Part shown: positions 24,188 to 37,436 of the stretch, piece after piece | How the letters are laid out: each line of letters opens with the position of its first letter | Position numbering within the stretch: position 1 is the first letter of the stretch | Assembly (NCBI GenBank): GCA_013239625.1 | Contig: MU054391.1 | Coordinates: 186,001 to 248,000, forward strand | From: Lama guanicoe | Lineage: Eukaryota | DNA: 62,000 nucleotides | Direction: 5' to 3' | The notes under the pieces: model-generated | Databases searched by the model: none | What the model saw: only the letters and a program-made list of their open reading frames with translations | What the model was told of the DNA's origin: nothing | Made by a program: the position numbers and the translations under genes

Positions 24188-26390
24188 TTGCATCCTTTAG
24201 ATTTCGGGAAGTCCTGATCCTGCCCTGTATTAGTTCCCAATCCGTAAGATTTAGGTCATAACGACTAATCAAAGTTTGTTTCGAGTGACAAACGAGAAAA
24301 GTTTCTCAATGTGACTGGTATAAATATTTTAAAATGGTGCGTTCCAAAGTGGACCTTAGTTAGCATGACCGACAGAAGGCTCCTTGGTGATTCCAGAAGT
24401 GGCTCCTGGTGACGCCTGCAGGGCTGTGTCTCCGGGGCATGTGGAGCAGCCAAACCCAGGTGTGGATTATGTCGAAGGTCTGGTGTCTCCAGAGCTGGGC
24501 TGTCACTCTGTGGGTGTGAAGATGGCTTGGTGGGCGCTGGGCCCCCCGAATTCCGGGACCCAGGCACTGCTTCTCCGAGAGGACTTCAGGGCCACAGGTG
24601 CCCTGCGCCCAGAGAGGGGCTTGGGAAACCAAATTGCCACGATGAGTTGGATTTAATTCAGGGAGCAGAGGAAAGACAGAGAACAGAGATATTTTCTTTG
24701 TTTCTGTCATTTCAGGCTTTGCTATGAATTCTTTTTTTAAAAAAATTTCTGGGGGAAGTTGTACAATTAAAGAAACAAACCACTTTGCCAAATGCTCAAA
24801 ACCTGCGGCAGCTCTCTTTAGATATTTTTATGCTCTCAGAATGAACACGCGGTTCAAGGTGAGAAGAGGCCTCTTCGCTCCTTCTCAGCATGTGTGAACC
24901 AGAGACCACGCGCCCCAGGCTCAGGGGCCCTGCGTGTCCCCTCTGCCGGCACTTCTGCTGGGGGTCCCAGGAGTTACAGCATGGCGTCTAGGCGTCTGAA
25001 TGTCTGCAGCACGACCCGGGCGGGAGCGGCGGCAGCTTAGTGCGCCAGACGCTTTTCCTTCCTGACCCAGCGTCACAGCCCCAGTGCCCTGGGCCAGGCG
25101 CCGGTGGGCAGAGGGGCGGACCTGGGTGGGGAAGGAGGGACCACCCCACGACTTGTCGCTTCATCCCTCTCGACCACGTGATTCTGTGACTAGCAGAATG
25201 TGTGGGTAGGAATTTACACTTGTGGGTTTTGAGAAAGGACAAAGCAGCCCTGACGTCCAGGAGCTGGCCTGGCACCGTCCCGTGCCCTCCCATCCCGCGT
25301 AAACTATTTCAGAAAACGTGGACCAGCAACAGCAGGGAAGAGTCAGGGTGGGAACAAGTGCCCCCGTGATCACATCTGAACAGACAGCAGGAACGCTGCC
25401 CAAGCCCCCACATGCCACGTGCCCCTCTCCTGGCTGCAGGGCTGCCCCAGCCCAGCCCCTCCTCCCCCCGAGACTCCTGAGACGCCCAGCCATGAGCCTC
25501 CCGGCCTCTCTGGAGCCTCCAGTCTGCCTGTTCCCTCAACGTCCCCCGCAGGTCACTGGACACCAGCCAAATCTGGTGACAGGTCCTTCCTAATCCCCTG
25601 TAACATCGGTTCCCACGCCGGCTGCCCTGCTCAGCACAACCGTCACAAGCCCAGCTGCCCGGGTGCCACGCCAGCCCCTGGTGTGAGGGGCCTGGCATCT
25701 CACAAGGACGATGCTGACTTTGGGGCTGGATTTCTGGAAGCCAGTCTGTTCCTCCAAAATGGGTCATCAGGCAGGTGCTTCCGTCATCACCAGGGCACCA
25801 CAGAGTGAAGGGAGTGTGTGCAGGCTGGGGTCCGGAAGGACACCTTGTAGACGACATCTCCTGGGGGGGGGTCGCCTGCTTCACCAAGTTCAGTTTTAGC
25901 CAACTTCAGTGTAAGACTGTGGCTGAGGAATAAAAAGTATGTCAGTGAAGAATCTGAAGGACAAGATGAAGCTTTGAAAATGTTAAATGCAGATTTTGCA
26001 AAAAAAAAAAAATCTACTAGCTTGGGCAGTGCCGTGTTTTTTGATCGTAAACTTGGGATGAAATGCAGCTGCACTTAGAAAGCTTGCACGGCTACATTGT
26101 CACTCGTGTAATGGACAGCAATTAAATTGTGTGTTGGACTCAACTGCTTCCCAAGGAAATAGTTTTCTAATTATTGAAGCCATCTTTTGATGATACTGGA
26201 AATTAAATCTTTTCAATTTCTTGTAAATGAGAGGCTTTTTAAAAATAGAATTTTTGCTGAGTTTATGGAATCTTGCTTTTTCCCACTGACTTTTTCTTTT
26301 TCATTTCTTTTGAAGTCTCCCACGTTTTACATATGAAATGTGGGGAGAAGCATGTGTTACTGGGTGACGAGTTGGGTGGACAGAGGTTCT

Positions 26391-26645
26391 GGTCTCAGTG
26401 AGGGGGATCTGTGTGGGTAATCCAGTGCCAGACTAGGCTCAGGACAGAAGCACTGCCGACATGGACTTCTCGGTCTGGAGGCTGGGCATCCAAGATTTGG
26501 TGTCTGGGGGGAACCCGCTTCCTGGCTCCCTCTGTGTCCTCACCTGGAGGGCGGGCAAGCAGGCTGCGGGGCCTCTTCTCAGGGCATGAATCCACCCTCA
26601 GGACCCAATCACCTTCCAAGGCCCCAAAACCTTCAGTCCGTAACA
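26391..26645 (-). mobile_element. MLT1A0-like MaLR solo LTR with internal deletions
   Basis: tctggaggctggg.atccaagat..ggtgtctgg....acccgcttcctgg..ctgtgtcctcac...ccaccctcaggacccaatcaccttccaaggcccc...ttcagtccgtaaca follows antisense MLT1A0 to its terminus. Confidence 0.8.
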
Positions 26646-26903
26646 CCACACAAGGTGACTTTTCTCTACCAAACACCTAGGAAGAAGGCGAAAACAAGGG
26701 TCAAAGGTGATCAGAGAGATGGGCGTCACAGGAGAATTCCAGGTGGTCTGCACATGAGCCAGGCCAGCGTGACCACTGTCCTCACTCAGTTAATGTGCCA
26801 GGTGCATAAGGATAGCGACCCCACAAGCCTGTGTGTGTAAGTGTGTGATAAAATCGGACACAGACCGGGTATGTTCATTCAGCATTTGCTAAATCCAGAT
26901 GTC

Positions 26904-27175
26904 TTATGAAGTGTAGTCAATGTACAATGTCAGTTTCAAGTGTACAGCAACACCATTCAGTTACACATATACATACATACATTCTTCAGATTGTTTCCAT
27001 TGCAGCTCATCACAAGCAACTGAATATGGTTCCCTGCGCCCTACAGTAGGGCCTTGTTGTTCATCTACTGTACATATAATAACGTGTAACTGTCAATCCC
27101 AAACTCCTAATTTGTCCCTCCCACCCTTCTCCCCCCCACCCAGTAACCACAGTGTTTTCTGTGTCCGTAGGTCTA
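26904..27175 (-). mobile_element. 5'-truncated cetartiodactyl/camelid-type L1 3' end (copy 1)
   Basis: gaagtgtagtcaatgtacaatg..agtttcaagtgtacagc...ttcttcagattgtttccattgcag...tgaatatggttccctgcgccctacagtagggccttgttgttcatcta...aatcccaaactcctaattt...agtaaccac, typical of the antisense artiodactyl L1 3' UTR. Confidence 0.8.
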
Positions 27176-27193
27176 CACATGCACTTCTTTCCA

Positions 27194-27387
27194 TTTTTTG
27201 AAAAATGGAAGTACCATCAGTTACAATGTGTCAGTTTCTGGTGTACAGAACAATATCCCAGCCATGCATTTATTCGTTTTCATATTTTTCATTAAAAATA
27301 ATTACAAGATATTGAATATAGTTCCTTGTGCTGTACGGAAGAAATTTGTTTTTATCTATTTTTACAAATAGTGGTTAACACGTGCAA
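27194..27387 (-). mobile_element. 5'-truncated camelid-type L1 3' end (copy 2, different subfamily)
   Basis: gaagtac..tcagttacaatgtgtcagtttctggtgtacag.acaatatcccag.catgcat...attacaagatattgaatatagttccttgtgctgtac.gaagaaattt resembles the camelid L1 3' terminus as I recall it. Confidence 0.75.
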
Positions 27388-30169
27388 CATATAGAATTTT
27401 CATTCAGAAAACTGAGGTACTGGCTACAGAGATGAAAGGACACCACCCCTTTCTTGAGACCCTCTGTCTCGGGCAGATGGAAGAATTAACAGCTAACCCT
27501 CATCTTGTGGAACTGGGGCTCTGCTCTACAGGTAAAGGCCAAGGGAGCCCAGAGGACGGTGCATCCGCTCTGCTCGGACCTGTTCACACAGCAGTCGTCA
27601 GGGCTGAAGAGAGATCTGTAATTCTGCAGAAAAGGGCAGAGGACCTTCAAGCCGAGGAGCATGGCACCCGTGCAGATGTCGATCCCTTCTCTTCTGGAGA
27701 CACAGGAGGCCTCCTCCAGGCCAAGGAGGACCCCGGACCCCGTCGTCCCGTCCCTCTCCTGCTCCGGTCACAACCCATCTAGTAGAGAGGCCTGCAGTCC
27801 CACCTCCAAGATGTCTACAAAGTCCACACTGTGTCCTCCATGTCCACCCCACTCTGGCCCCTGCACACAGAACTCCTGTCTGTCTGTCTCTTTGCATCCA
27901 TGTCATCATCACAGAGATGTTCAGGTGACCTTGAATTATTCATCTCAGCTCCTCCACACAAATGCTCAGTCGTTTCCTGTTTCACAGAGACCCTGGGAGC
28001 AGGGCAAGGAGCCCTGAGCTGGTGGCCAGTCCTGCCTGCCTGGTCAGAATCTGAGGCGGGGCAGGCTCAGTGAAGTTCCGGTGCCATCCTGGTGACACCG
28101 ACATGTAAGTGTTCCCCCCACATCTGTTGACATTTTATTGTTCACAGCTTTTATTTTTTTTGCATTTTTTTTAAGTTTAGAGAATATTTTAGAGTTCAGA
28201 GATATGATCAGCTATATTTCTTTCAAGGTTTTATTTTAATCATTTAAAAATCCTCACTTTTTAATAATCTGGCCCTTGTTCCTACACATGGTATGAGGGG
28301 ATGACCTAACTGAGTTTACTGCCACACCTTTGACGAAAGATCTCCCAGCCAGTCTGGAAAGCTGTCGTGGGCCCCCCACCTCCCCTAGGTCAGCAGCAGG
28401 AGGCTGACACAGGACCTCCCCTGTGACTCCTGGGTCGCCGCCCATGGGAGAGACGGTGGGTCTCTGGGGACCTCTGTGGAATGTGGACCCAAATTTGGTG
28501 TCAAACACTTGTATGGTCTGCACAAAGTTTCCAGGTAAATAGTCATTCCACGTCCTGGTTAAATGTAGATTCCCAAGCTTATGGCTGAAGTTACTACTGC
28601 GAGGCCAAGAGCGTGCGAAACAGGTGAAATCTGTATGGAAAAAGGCGCGGCGTTTCTGGGTTTGCTCACTGTCTAGTAAAACTATTACAAAGCTGTTTTA
28701 TTATAAAAGGACAGTGTTGTAGTAAAACAAGGTTGTCAATTAAACCAGATGCATCCTGAATTGAAAATGGAAACAAAAATCAGCAAGACTTCATACGTGT
28801 ACGCATGTTGACCTTAATTAATAGACCAGCACACATAAACGCAACACACACGAGGGCCCCAGACGCTGGCAGTGTCTCCAGCCTCGAGTCACGAGGGGGG
28901 GAAGCCAGTGACCCACACCCACTGCGGCTGAGAACGCTAATCAGTGTGTTCTTGGGGATGTAAGCGCGGCCCACAATTGTGCTGCTTTGGGGAAGCGATC
29001 CACGCTCAGACCTTGGAATCACGTTCCCAGGAAGGCTTGTTTCCGAGGCAGGCGGCGTCCGGTTTTTATCGGGGTCTTGCCTCCACCTACGTGTACAGCT
29101 GGTTTGGCAGAGACAGCATGTCATGTTGTCTGTCTGAGGCTACAGGGTGAGGAGCAAAGCACTTCGGGCTCAACCACAGGCAGTTCCCTGAGGCAAAGGC
29201 CCGTCCCCGCCCACCCAGCCACGCACCCCTGAGGCTGGTCCTTGGGGGAGGCGGAGGCTGCTCAGATACAAGCTGCTTGCAGCCGGGACATCTACACTGT
29301 GTTTCTGCAGGGTGCAGTTAGGATGGGAGTATCCGTGTTTCTACACCTCTTTCTCCAAGTCCTAGCACATACGTGACACACGTATGTTTTTCTCTGATTT
29401 CTACAGGAAAACACAAACTCCCAGTTTGTGCAGCCTGGCTTCCAGGTCCCACCCACCCCCTCACATGGGAGTCACTCCCTCAAGGATGAGGTATTTTAGA
29501 AGCAAGACGTAAGCTCGCCGTGTGACAGGCCTTGGGACAACTTCTCCTGTATTTCCTTCATTATCAGTTTCAGTTTATTTGACATATGCTTTGTATTTGT
29601 TACACACAGTTTATGGGGTAGATTTAGCATCTGGAGCATTTTACAGCTGAGTCAAAACTGCGTGTAAAAGGCTGTGTTACTTTTTTCCTGTTCGTAGTGG
29701 CATTTTAACAAGAGCACAGTCATTTGCACCAAGAAGACGGGGGCAGCAGACGAGGAGTGCAACTTCTGACCCGCAGGCTCCTTGTCTGTAAGGAGGGAGG
29801 GGCAGGAAGGTACCCCAACCCCGGAGGGACACGCGGCTGACCGCCGGGCGTGGCTGTGCCGGCGGCTTCCCTGTTGTTACTTTTAGCGAACTCCCTGCTC
29901 TATGGGGCACGGTCGGTGATGCCACCAAGCTTTTCCTCTGCAGTGAGTTGGCAGCACCCTCGTGGACACTCACCCCCACTTTCCAAGCCCCGTGGCTCGT
30001 GGGCCTGGGACTGGCTTTAGCCGCAAGTCTCATGCTCAGGCTTGTCCTCTCTCCCCGGGGACCCTGGGGCCACCATCTGGACGAGCCCAGCAGGCCTGGT
30101 GGGTGACGGGGGCCCTGCTGGGTGGTGGGTGGTGTCGGGGGTCCTCCACAGCCCGTGTGTAAGGACCCG

Positions 30170-31950
30170 GCCAGATCTACAGGACAGCATTGCAGCAAAA
30201 AAAAAAAAAAGCTGTTAGAACCAATCAACAAATTTAGTAAATTTTCAGGATACAAAGTCAATGTCCTCAAAGCCACACACTAAAAATGAGTTACAAGGAA
30301 GGGGAATTAAGAAAAAAATTTCCACTTACAACAGCACTAACAGAATAGGATGCCTAGGAATCAATTTAACCAAGGAGGCAAAAGACCTGTATGTTGATAA
30401 TGATAAGACACCGAGGAAGGAAGTTGAAGACACAAATAAATGGGAAGATATTCCTGCTTATGGACTGAAAGAATTAATATTAATATGTCCCTCCTACCCA
30501 ACACAAAACACAGATTCAGTGGAATCCCTATAAAAACTCCAAAGACATTTTTCATGTAAATAGAACCAAAATATCCTAAAATCTGTATGGAACATAAAAG
30601 ACCCCAAATAGCCAAAGCAACCTTGAAAAACAAGGACAGAGCTGGAGGCCTCACACCTCCTGATTTCACACTGTATCACAAAGCTACAGTAATCAAAACA
30701 GTACAGTATCAATATAAAAACAGGCACACAGATCAGAGGCTCAGAACAGACTCCAGAAATAGATCTACACTATTATGGCCAATTCATTCACCACAAAGGA
30801 GCTGGGAATTTATAATGGATAAAGGACCATCTCTTCAATAAATGATGTTTGGAAAATTAGACACACACGCAAAGGAATGAAACTTGGCTACTACCTAACA
30901 ACACAGACGAAACTCAGCTTGAAATGGATTGAAGACTTGAACACAAGATCAAACTCATAAAACCCCTGGAAGGAAGCATAGATGTAGTTCCCCGATGCAG
31001 GCCTGGTGATGGTTTTATTGAATCTGACACAAAAAGCAAAAACAAACAAGTGAAACTACATCAGACTGAAAAGCTGCTGCATAACAAAGGAAACCATCGA
31101 TAGAATGAAAAAGTAACCTGCTGGATGGGGGAAAATATTTGCAAATTACATGCTGATAAGGGTCTAGTAGCCAAAATATACAAGAATTCATATAACCCAG
31201 TGGCAAAAAACCAAAAAACCCAATTAAAGAATGGGCAAAAGTGTTGAAGAGACGTTTTTGCAAAGACACACAGATGGCCCACAGGCACGTGAAAAGATGC
31301 TCAATATCACTAAACACCAGGGAAATGCAAACCAAAACCACAATGAGATACCACCTCACCCTGTCAGCATGGCTCTTATCAAAAACATTGCAAATATCAA
31401 GTGTTGTCGAGGGTGTGGAGAAAAGGCAGCCCCATGCACACTGTTAGGGGCCATGTAAATTGGTGCAGCCACTGTGGGAAACAGTATGGAGGGCTCTCAA
31501 CAACTAAAGGTAGAACTATCATATTATCCAGCAATCCCACTTCTGGACATACATCCAAGGAAAACAGAAGCACTAATTCAGAAAGATACATGCACCCAGT
31601 GTTCACAGCAGCGCTATTTACAGAAGCCAAGCCATGGAAACAACCTAAGTGTCCATCAGCAGAGGACTGGATAAAGGAGCTGTGGTACGTATATACAGTG
31701 GAGTACTACTCAGCCACAACAAAGAATGGAATCTTGCCTTTCGCCATGACACAGATGGACCTGGAAGGTCTATGCTGAGTAAAATAAGCCAGACGGAGAA
31801 AGACAAACACCGTATGATCTCAGGTACACGTGGAATCTCTCTTTCTCTCTGTACATTAAGCTCATGGAGAGCAGGCTGGTGGTTGCCAGCGGTCAGAGGA
31901 GAGGTGGGAGAAATGGATGAACTTTTTAATTTTAAATTTAGTTAAAACAA
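30170..31950 (+). mobile_element. 5'-truncated LINE-1: C-terminal ORF2 (frameshifted, non-functional) plus 3' UTR
   Basis: The ORF track gives L1 ORF2 peptides: KRPQIAKATLKNKDRAGGLTPPDFTLYHKATVIKTV (30587-), KDTQMAHRHVKRCSISLNTREMQTKTTMRYHLT (31241-) and FTAALFTEAKPWKQPKCPSAEDWIKELWYVYTVEYYSA (31401-). These are followed by an L1 3' UTR (gagaaagacaaacaccgtatgatctca...ggtggttgccag). Confidence 0.95.
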
Positions 31951-33057
31951 ATTCAGCTAAAAACACAACAGGATGGCTCTGGGGTGACCTGCTCATGGAT
32001 CCGTGGGCAGGGCTTCTGGGCCAGTGGCCCCAGGTGACCTGTGGGCTCAGAGCCAGAGCAGAGCTAGGTCTTTACCTTCATTTTATGCAGCTGTGGCTCC
32101 TGATGTGTCGGGATGTGGAAGCTGTTCAGCAGGGTAGCTTTCTGATTATTTTTCCAAATGATTGATTTGATGTTTCACAGACCATGAACGGTAGATGTGC
32201 TGTGGTCCGGAGCCTGCCTTCTGGGGGGTCCTGTGCCCTGGTCTGTGGTCAGGATCGCCTGCCGTCCTGTGCGCTTTCCATCCGCGGTGCTTCTCTGACG
32301 CCTGGAGGTCCTGTCCTCTCTTGCAGGCTCTTGCCCATCCCGAAGGTCTGGCCCCAGGGCTGCCCCATCTGGAAAGCTGCTTCTCGCCGCCCAGTGGAGT
32401 GAGTTCTCGTGTCCCCTGAATTCAGCTCCCAGAGTTGCATGTTGCATCACCTCACTCCGCTGCTTCCTCCACAGCCTGTGAGCTCTGCTCGTCCTGGGCT
32501 TGGGCACAGCTGGCCAGCCGGCAGTGCCCAGGAGTGAAGAACCAGCCAGGAGAGGCCTCGGCCAGCAACGTCCTCTGAAGACGGCGTGACTCTAGAAATA
32601 ATGGAATGTCAACATCTGTGTGTTCTAAACAACAGTTCTGCTGAAAAAGAGTGATTGTTCTCAGTTGCTGACACCCAGACGGTGGCTCGTGGGACTCTCC
32701 TCGGAGGTGCAGGCTGGAGGCGTCCCTGTCGCCTGAAGTGCTTCACACTCGGTTTCACCCACACCTCAGCTGTGACGGGTGTTTCCCTTTCCTCCTTCTG
32801 GGAAGGAGAAGCCGGCTGTGCTGGGACCCCGACCAGCCGCGAGAGCCGGGCGGCCCCTGTACAAGGTGCAGGCGTGCGCGCCGAAGGCCTGGCTTTTAGC
32901 GGCCCCTCACACGTGGGCGCTTTGTCCAGACGGTTTCACCCCGCAGGCGCCTGCATCGCGGACAGAGCCCAGCACGACACCCCGCCCCCGACACTGCGCA
33001 GGGGCCAAGCCCGTTTGGGAGCTGGGGGTGTGAGTGCCCCTCGCGGCTCTCCGGCCC

Positions 33058-33137
33058 TTTGGCCTTGAGCAGCTGGCTCACCTCACGGATTTCAGGCCTC
33101 ACGTTTGTAAAGCAGGACTGAAACGCCCACCTCTTAG
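33058..33137 (+). mobile_element. Degenerate MIR fragment
   Basis: ggccttgagcagctggctcacctcacggatttcaggcctcacgtttgtaaagcaggact...cccacctcttag resembles the MIR core and 3' part. Confidence 0.4.
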
Positions 33138-34199
33138 TGAGGAGGAAGAACGTGCGTCAGACCATCCGGAAGGGGGCTGGGAGGCTCGGGGGCACTTCCC
33201 TCCCTCTGCTCTGCCTCGTAAGTGGAATCTCTGAACTGAGACGGGCAGACACACATAGATCGCTTATCTCACCAACGTCTTCCTATTTGGAAAACCTCAA
33301 GGACGTAACAGAAAAGAGGCAGACCTGGCATGTTCCAGGGCAGCAGGTCTGCGTCGCTCGGAACAGCCTGCCCTCCTGGGACCACACTGCGCCGCGCGTC
33401 CTCGGCTCGCACTCCCGGGACCAGAGTGGTCTTGGTCCCTGCCGAGTCTGGAACGTCGGGCTAGCGCACGTGACAGCCACGGCCTCTGTCTTCTGGACGT
33501 TCACGGAGCAGCAGAAGCCGGTCTGAGAGGAAGACGCTGGGAGCAGGTGTCCTGGGGGCAGGGGGAGGCCGTGAGTCTTGACACTGAGGACACTGTTCTG
33601 TCCCCAGATGGGCGGGGCACTGGCCACGCCCACAGCAGCCGCCCATGGGACCAGAGCACTCCAGGCGGGCAGGCTGAGCCCACATAGTTCTCATTTTCTT
33701 CCCCAGATTTCCCTCCACGTCTTACAAGCTGCCCACCTTCGAGAAGCCCACAGAAGCAGGCAGACCCTCGTCCTGGTGCCGGGTCCCAGGGCACCGCGCC
33801 GAGCTGTGTGGCCACGGGTCTGTGCAGAGTTTTCCGGGTTTCCTGGGGCAGGAGGAGACTCCGGGAGGGGTTCCTGGTGCTGGGACTCAGTCCGTGCGGC
33901 CAGTTCCCAAGTCTGTCCAGACGGCGCGTCACTCCCCAACCTGCGGATGCACGTCCCGTGTTACTCTCCCCGCGTCCCCTCATCCCCGGAGCTCCTGTCC
34001 CCACGGAAACACACTGGTCCCAAGGCACCCAGGACCTTCCCTTCCTGGCCGCCTGCTGCTCACGAGCTTTTCTAGGCTGTGAGCTGGACGCCCGTCTCTT
34101 CACAGCACCCACTGTCTGCAGGAGAAGGCTTGTCCTACGATATCCTCTCGTTCCACATGTGCTCTGCACACGGCTTCTTCATTCTCCACACACGCCCTG

Positions 34200-34490
34200 A
34201 GTCTCCACGTCAACATCTTCCAAACTCTGTCCACCTGCCTGGAGCGCTGTCCACCCCGTGACCCCCTGAGACGCAGCCTGGCGTCGACTCCCTGCCAACG
34301 TCTCACAGCCCCACCTGTGACCCCAGGTCCGTTCCTTCCTGCAGGTTTACTTGTTTGCTTGGCATTGTCACTGTCACTTTGCTCTCTGGTCTCAGCTGTG
34401 ACAGCCTTCGGAGGCAGCCGGCACTAAGTCTCACACTCTTGTGTTCCTCTCTTCTTCATACAGTGTATTTCGTTGAATGAATGTGCGAAT
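34200..34490 (+). mobile_element. Degenerate L2 3' end
   Basis: ctctgtccacctgcctggagcgct..., tttacttgtttgctt..., ending in gtatttcgttgaatgaatg (L2 terminal repeat). Confidence 0.45.
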
Positions 34491-36797
34491 GTTCCTGGTG
34501 TGGAGAGGAGTGTGTCCTGGTCGGGGCGGGGGGTCATGAGCAGCGGGCACCGCAGGGGACCGGGGAGCAAGGAGGGAACCGGAGCGCGGTCAGCAAGCGG
34601 ACAGATCCGGGGTCCGTCCCAGAGGCCGGGATGGCTTAAAAGATACAAGTCTCTTAGCAGGTTTTACAGGAAAAGGACAGACAGAATGAATAGTGCTCGC
34701 AGAGCAGGCCTTCTCTCTCAGCCAGATGCTCAGCTTAGTGTTAACAGTCCTAGTTGTTTTTTAGAATTTTATACCATGAACTTGCTCTGCAAGAAACGCA
34801 CGCCTGTGATTGATGTTTCCAAATCAGACTAGCTCTTCCGCTGCAGGGAGACCCCATCTTGGAGGACTGCACCTCAGGGGTTTACTGCACGTGGTCCAGA
34901 TGCGACGGAACGGACGGGGCCTCGGCGTGCACTGGTCACACCGAGAGCCCCTCTGCTCGTGCGACTCGGACCCTGCGCGGGACTGGGGTGTCCCTCACTG
35001 GGGCCTGACCTGCAGGTGTAGCCCGTCCTCCTCTGTTCCTGGTTCTGCCCGGGCTGCCGGGAGCAGGCGTGAGCCCGTCTCTTCTGGAACACCCGCCTCC
35101 TCCCGTGGGAGGGAAACAAGAACACGTTGTTCTTCCAGGCGCCCGCAACAAACAGCGTATTTAGTCAAAAATGAACGAAGACGCACACATCTGGAGCCTT
35201 GAGACTTCTGAGACCGGCCACGCTAGGTCCCAGGGAGCTGGAGCCGTGAGGCGACTCATGCACCAGGATGCTGCTGGCGTCACCGGCAGAAGAGCAGAAA
35301 GCAAGTTACCAGAATGTCTGTAAATCGAGACCCAGGAATAAAGGCTTTAGACCATGACAGTGGAACTGGATTCCAGAGGAAGAAACAAATCCACAAAGAG
35401 AACTCCGAAGGCTTTGCCTGGCACTGGAGGAAACCAAGGCTGATTAACCGAAATGAGGGGGAATCCCTAGAGAATCAACCAAAGTTTTGCATTTAAACTC
35501 CCAGTTCTTATGAATGCCTCTAAGCCCTTGCGAAAACTGACGTGAGTGGTCTGGGGACACTTCAGGGACTCCCTGCGGCTCTGGGAAGGGACCTGAAACC
35601 AGCACACGTGCCTGTGCGTCTGGTCTTGTATTTCCATCCGGATGTCAGACTCCTACTGAAACACAACTGCTCACTATTAAAGCAGAAAACCAGCGAACAC
35701 AGTGTCCCAGAGTTCGTGGGAAACTTGAATGTCTCCTTTTGAGATTGAGGCAAACCCTGACCCGTGACTCACAAACTGCTTTTGAATCTGAAAATACTGC
35801 ATAACTCGAAGGTAAAGGACCTGAAGTGCAGTGCTCACAGACAGCTTTCAAGCCGTGCACCCAGATCCACGATAAGATCATACTCCAGATGTGTCCCTTC
35901 TCTGAGCTGTAACATGTTGGAGAATCAACCTCCTGAAACAGAATTGCTCAGTTCAATGTGAAACAAAAATCACAAAACCAAAGAAAACGAAAAACTCTCG
36001 CCTGGAGGCGTCCCTGCACGTGGCAGGCAGCAGATGTGGCTTAAATGGCTTTTGGAGTTGGGTCCACCCAGAAGTGGGGGATGAAGCTCAGAGAGCGAGT
36101 CTTATCTCTGAACAAGGCACGTTGCTTTAATCTCACCGACTTTTCATCTAATTCGAAATGGTAGAGGTTTGTTCGTGTGCTCGTTCAGGCTTTATTTAAT
36201 AAATTTGAAACTACATGGTGAGTGCTGGCTTTGGGCCATCATTCTCCCAGGCTCTCTGGGCTCAGAAATGGAAGAACTCACAGACCAAAGGATATTGTTC
36301 AAACAAAACTGTAACCCTGAAAGTTTCTTCAGCGGTCGTCTGATACCACACTTCAGTTTACAAAGGAAGGAGCACGTCTAGAAAGTGTAGGTGTACGTCC
36401 TGCAGACATGGTGGACCCTCTGCAGGTAGGATGCAGACACAGAGACGGCAGGTGTGACCGCGGTCCAGGCGAGGGGAGTGGGGTGTGGGTGCAGACACGG
36501 AACGGACGGACGTGCAGACACACGTGCAAGCGCAGGTGCAGGTAGACCCAGATCAGATGTCGGTGTTCCCTCAATAACCTTACGAGGATTTTTCAGCAGA
36601 TAAGATGTCGCACCGTGGTGAGTGGCCCTGGGATGTGGTCCCTTCAGTGAGACAGTGTCGTCCCATCTCTCCCCTGTGCTGACTTGGGATGATGCTTGCA
36701 AATCCTATGAGGAAGCACCTGCTCCCCGTGGAAGAGAAGCTGAGATACATTTTGGGGGAGCAGGGGGCACAGGAACGGGGTGCGGGGGGAGCGGGGA

Positions 36798-37436
36798 NNN
36801 NNNNNNNNNNNNNNNNNNNNNNNNNNNNNNNNNNNNNNNNNNNNNNNNNNNNNNNNNNNNNNNNNNNNNNNNNNNNNNNNNNNNNNNNNNNNNNNNNNNN
36901 NNNNNNNNNNNNNNNNNNNNNNNNNNNNNNNNNNNNNNNNNNNNNNNNNNNNNNNNNNNNNNNNNNNNNNNNNNNNNNNNNNNNNNNNNNNNNNNNNNNN
37001 NNNNNNNNNNNNNNNNNNNNNNNNNNNNNNNNNNNNNNNNNNNNNNNNNNNNNNNNNNNNNNNNNNNNNNNNNNNNNNNNNNNNNNNNNNNNNNNNNNNN
37101 NNNNNNNNNNNNNNNNNNNNNNNNNNNNNNNNNNNNNNNNNNNNNNNNNNNNNNNNNNNNNNNNNNNNNNNNNNNNNNNNNNNNNNNNNNNNNNNNNNNN
37201 NNNNNNNNNNNNNNNNNNNNNNNNNNNNNNNNNNNNNNNNNNNNNNNNNNNNNNNNNNNNNNNNNNNNNNNNNNNNNNNNNNNNNNNNNNNNNNNNNNNN
37301 NNNNNNNNNNNNNNNNNNNNNNNNNNNNNNNNNNNNNNNNNNNNNNNNNNNNNNNNNNNNNNNNNNNNNNNNNNNNNNNNNNNNNNNNNNNNNNNNNNNN
37401 NNNNNNNNNNNNNNNNNNNNNNNNNNNNNNNNNNNN
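36798..37436. other. Assembly gap (639 N)
   Basis: Run of N read directly; both flanks are G-rich. Confidence 1.

Noticed and set aside
30261..31945. ORFs with real protein similarity treated as host genes
   Set aside because: They are frameshifted L1 ORF2 remnants, annotated as a mobile element.
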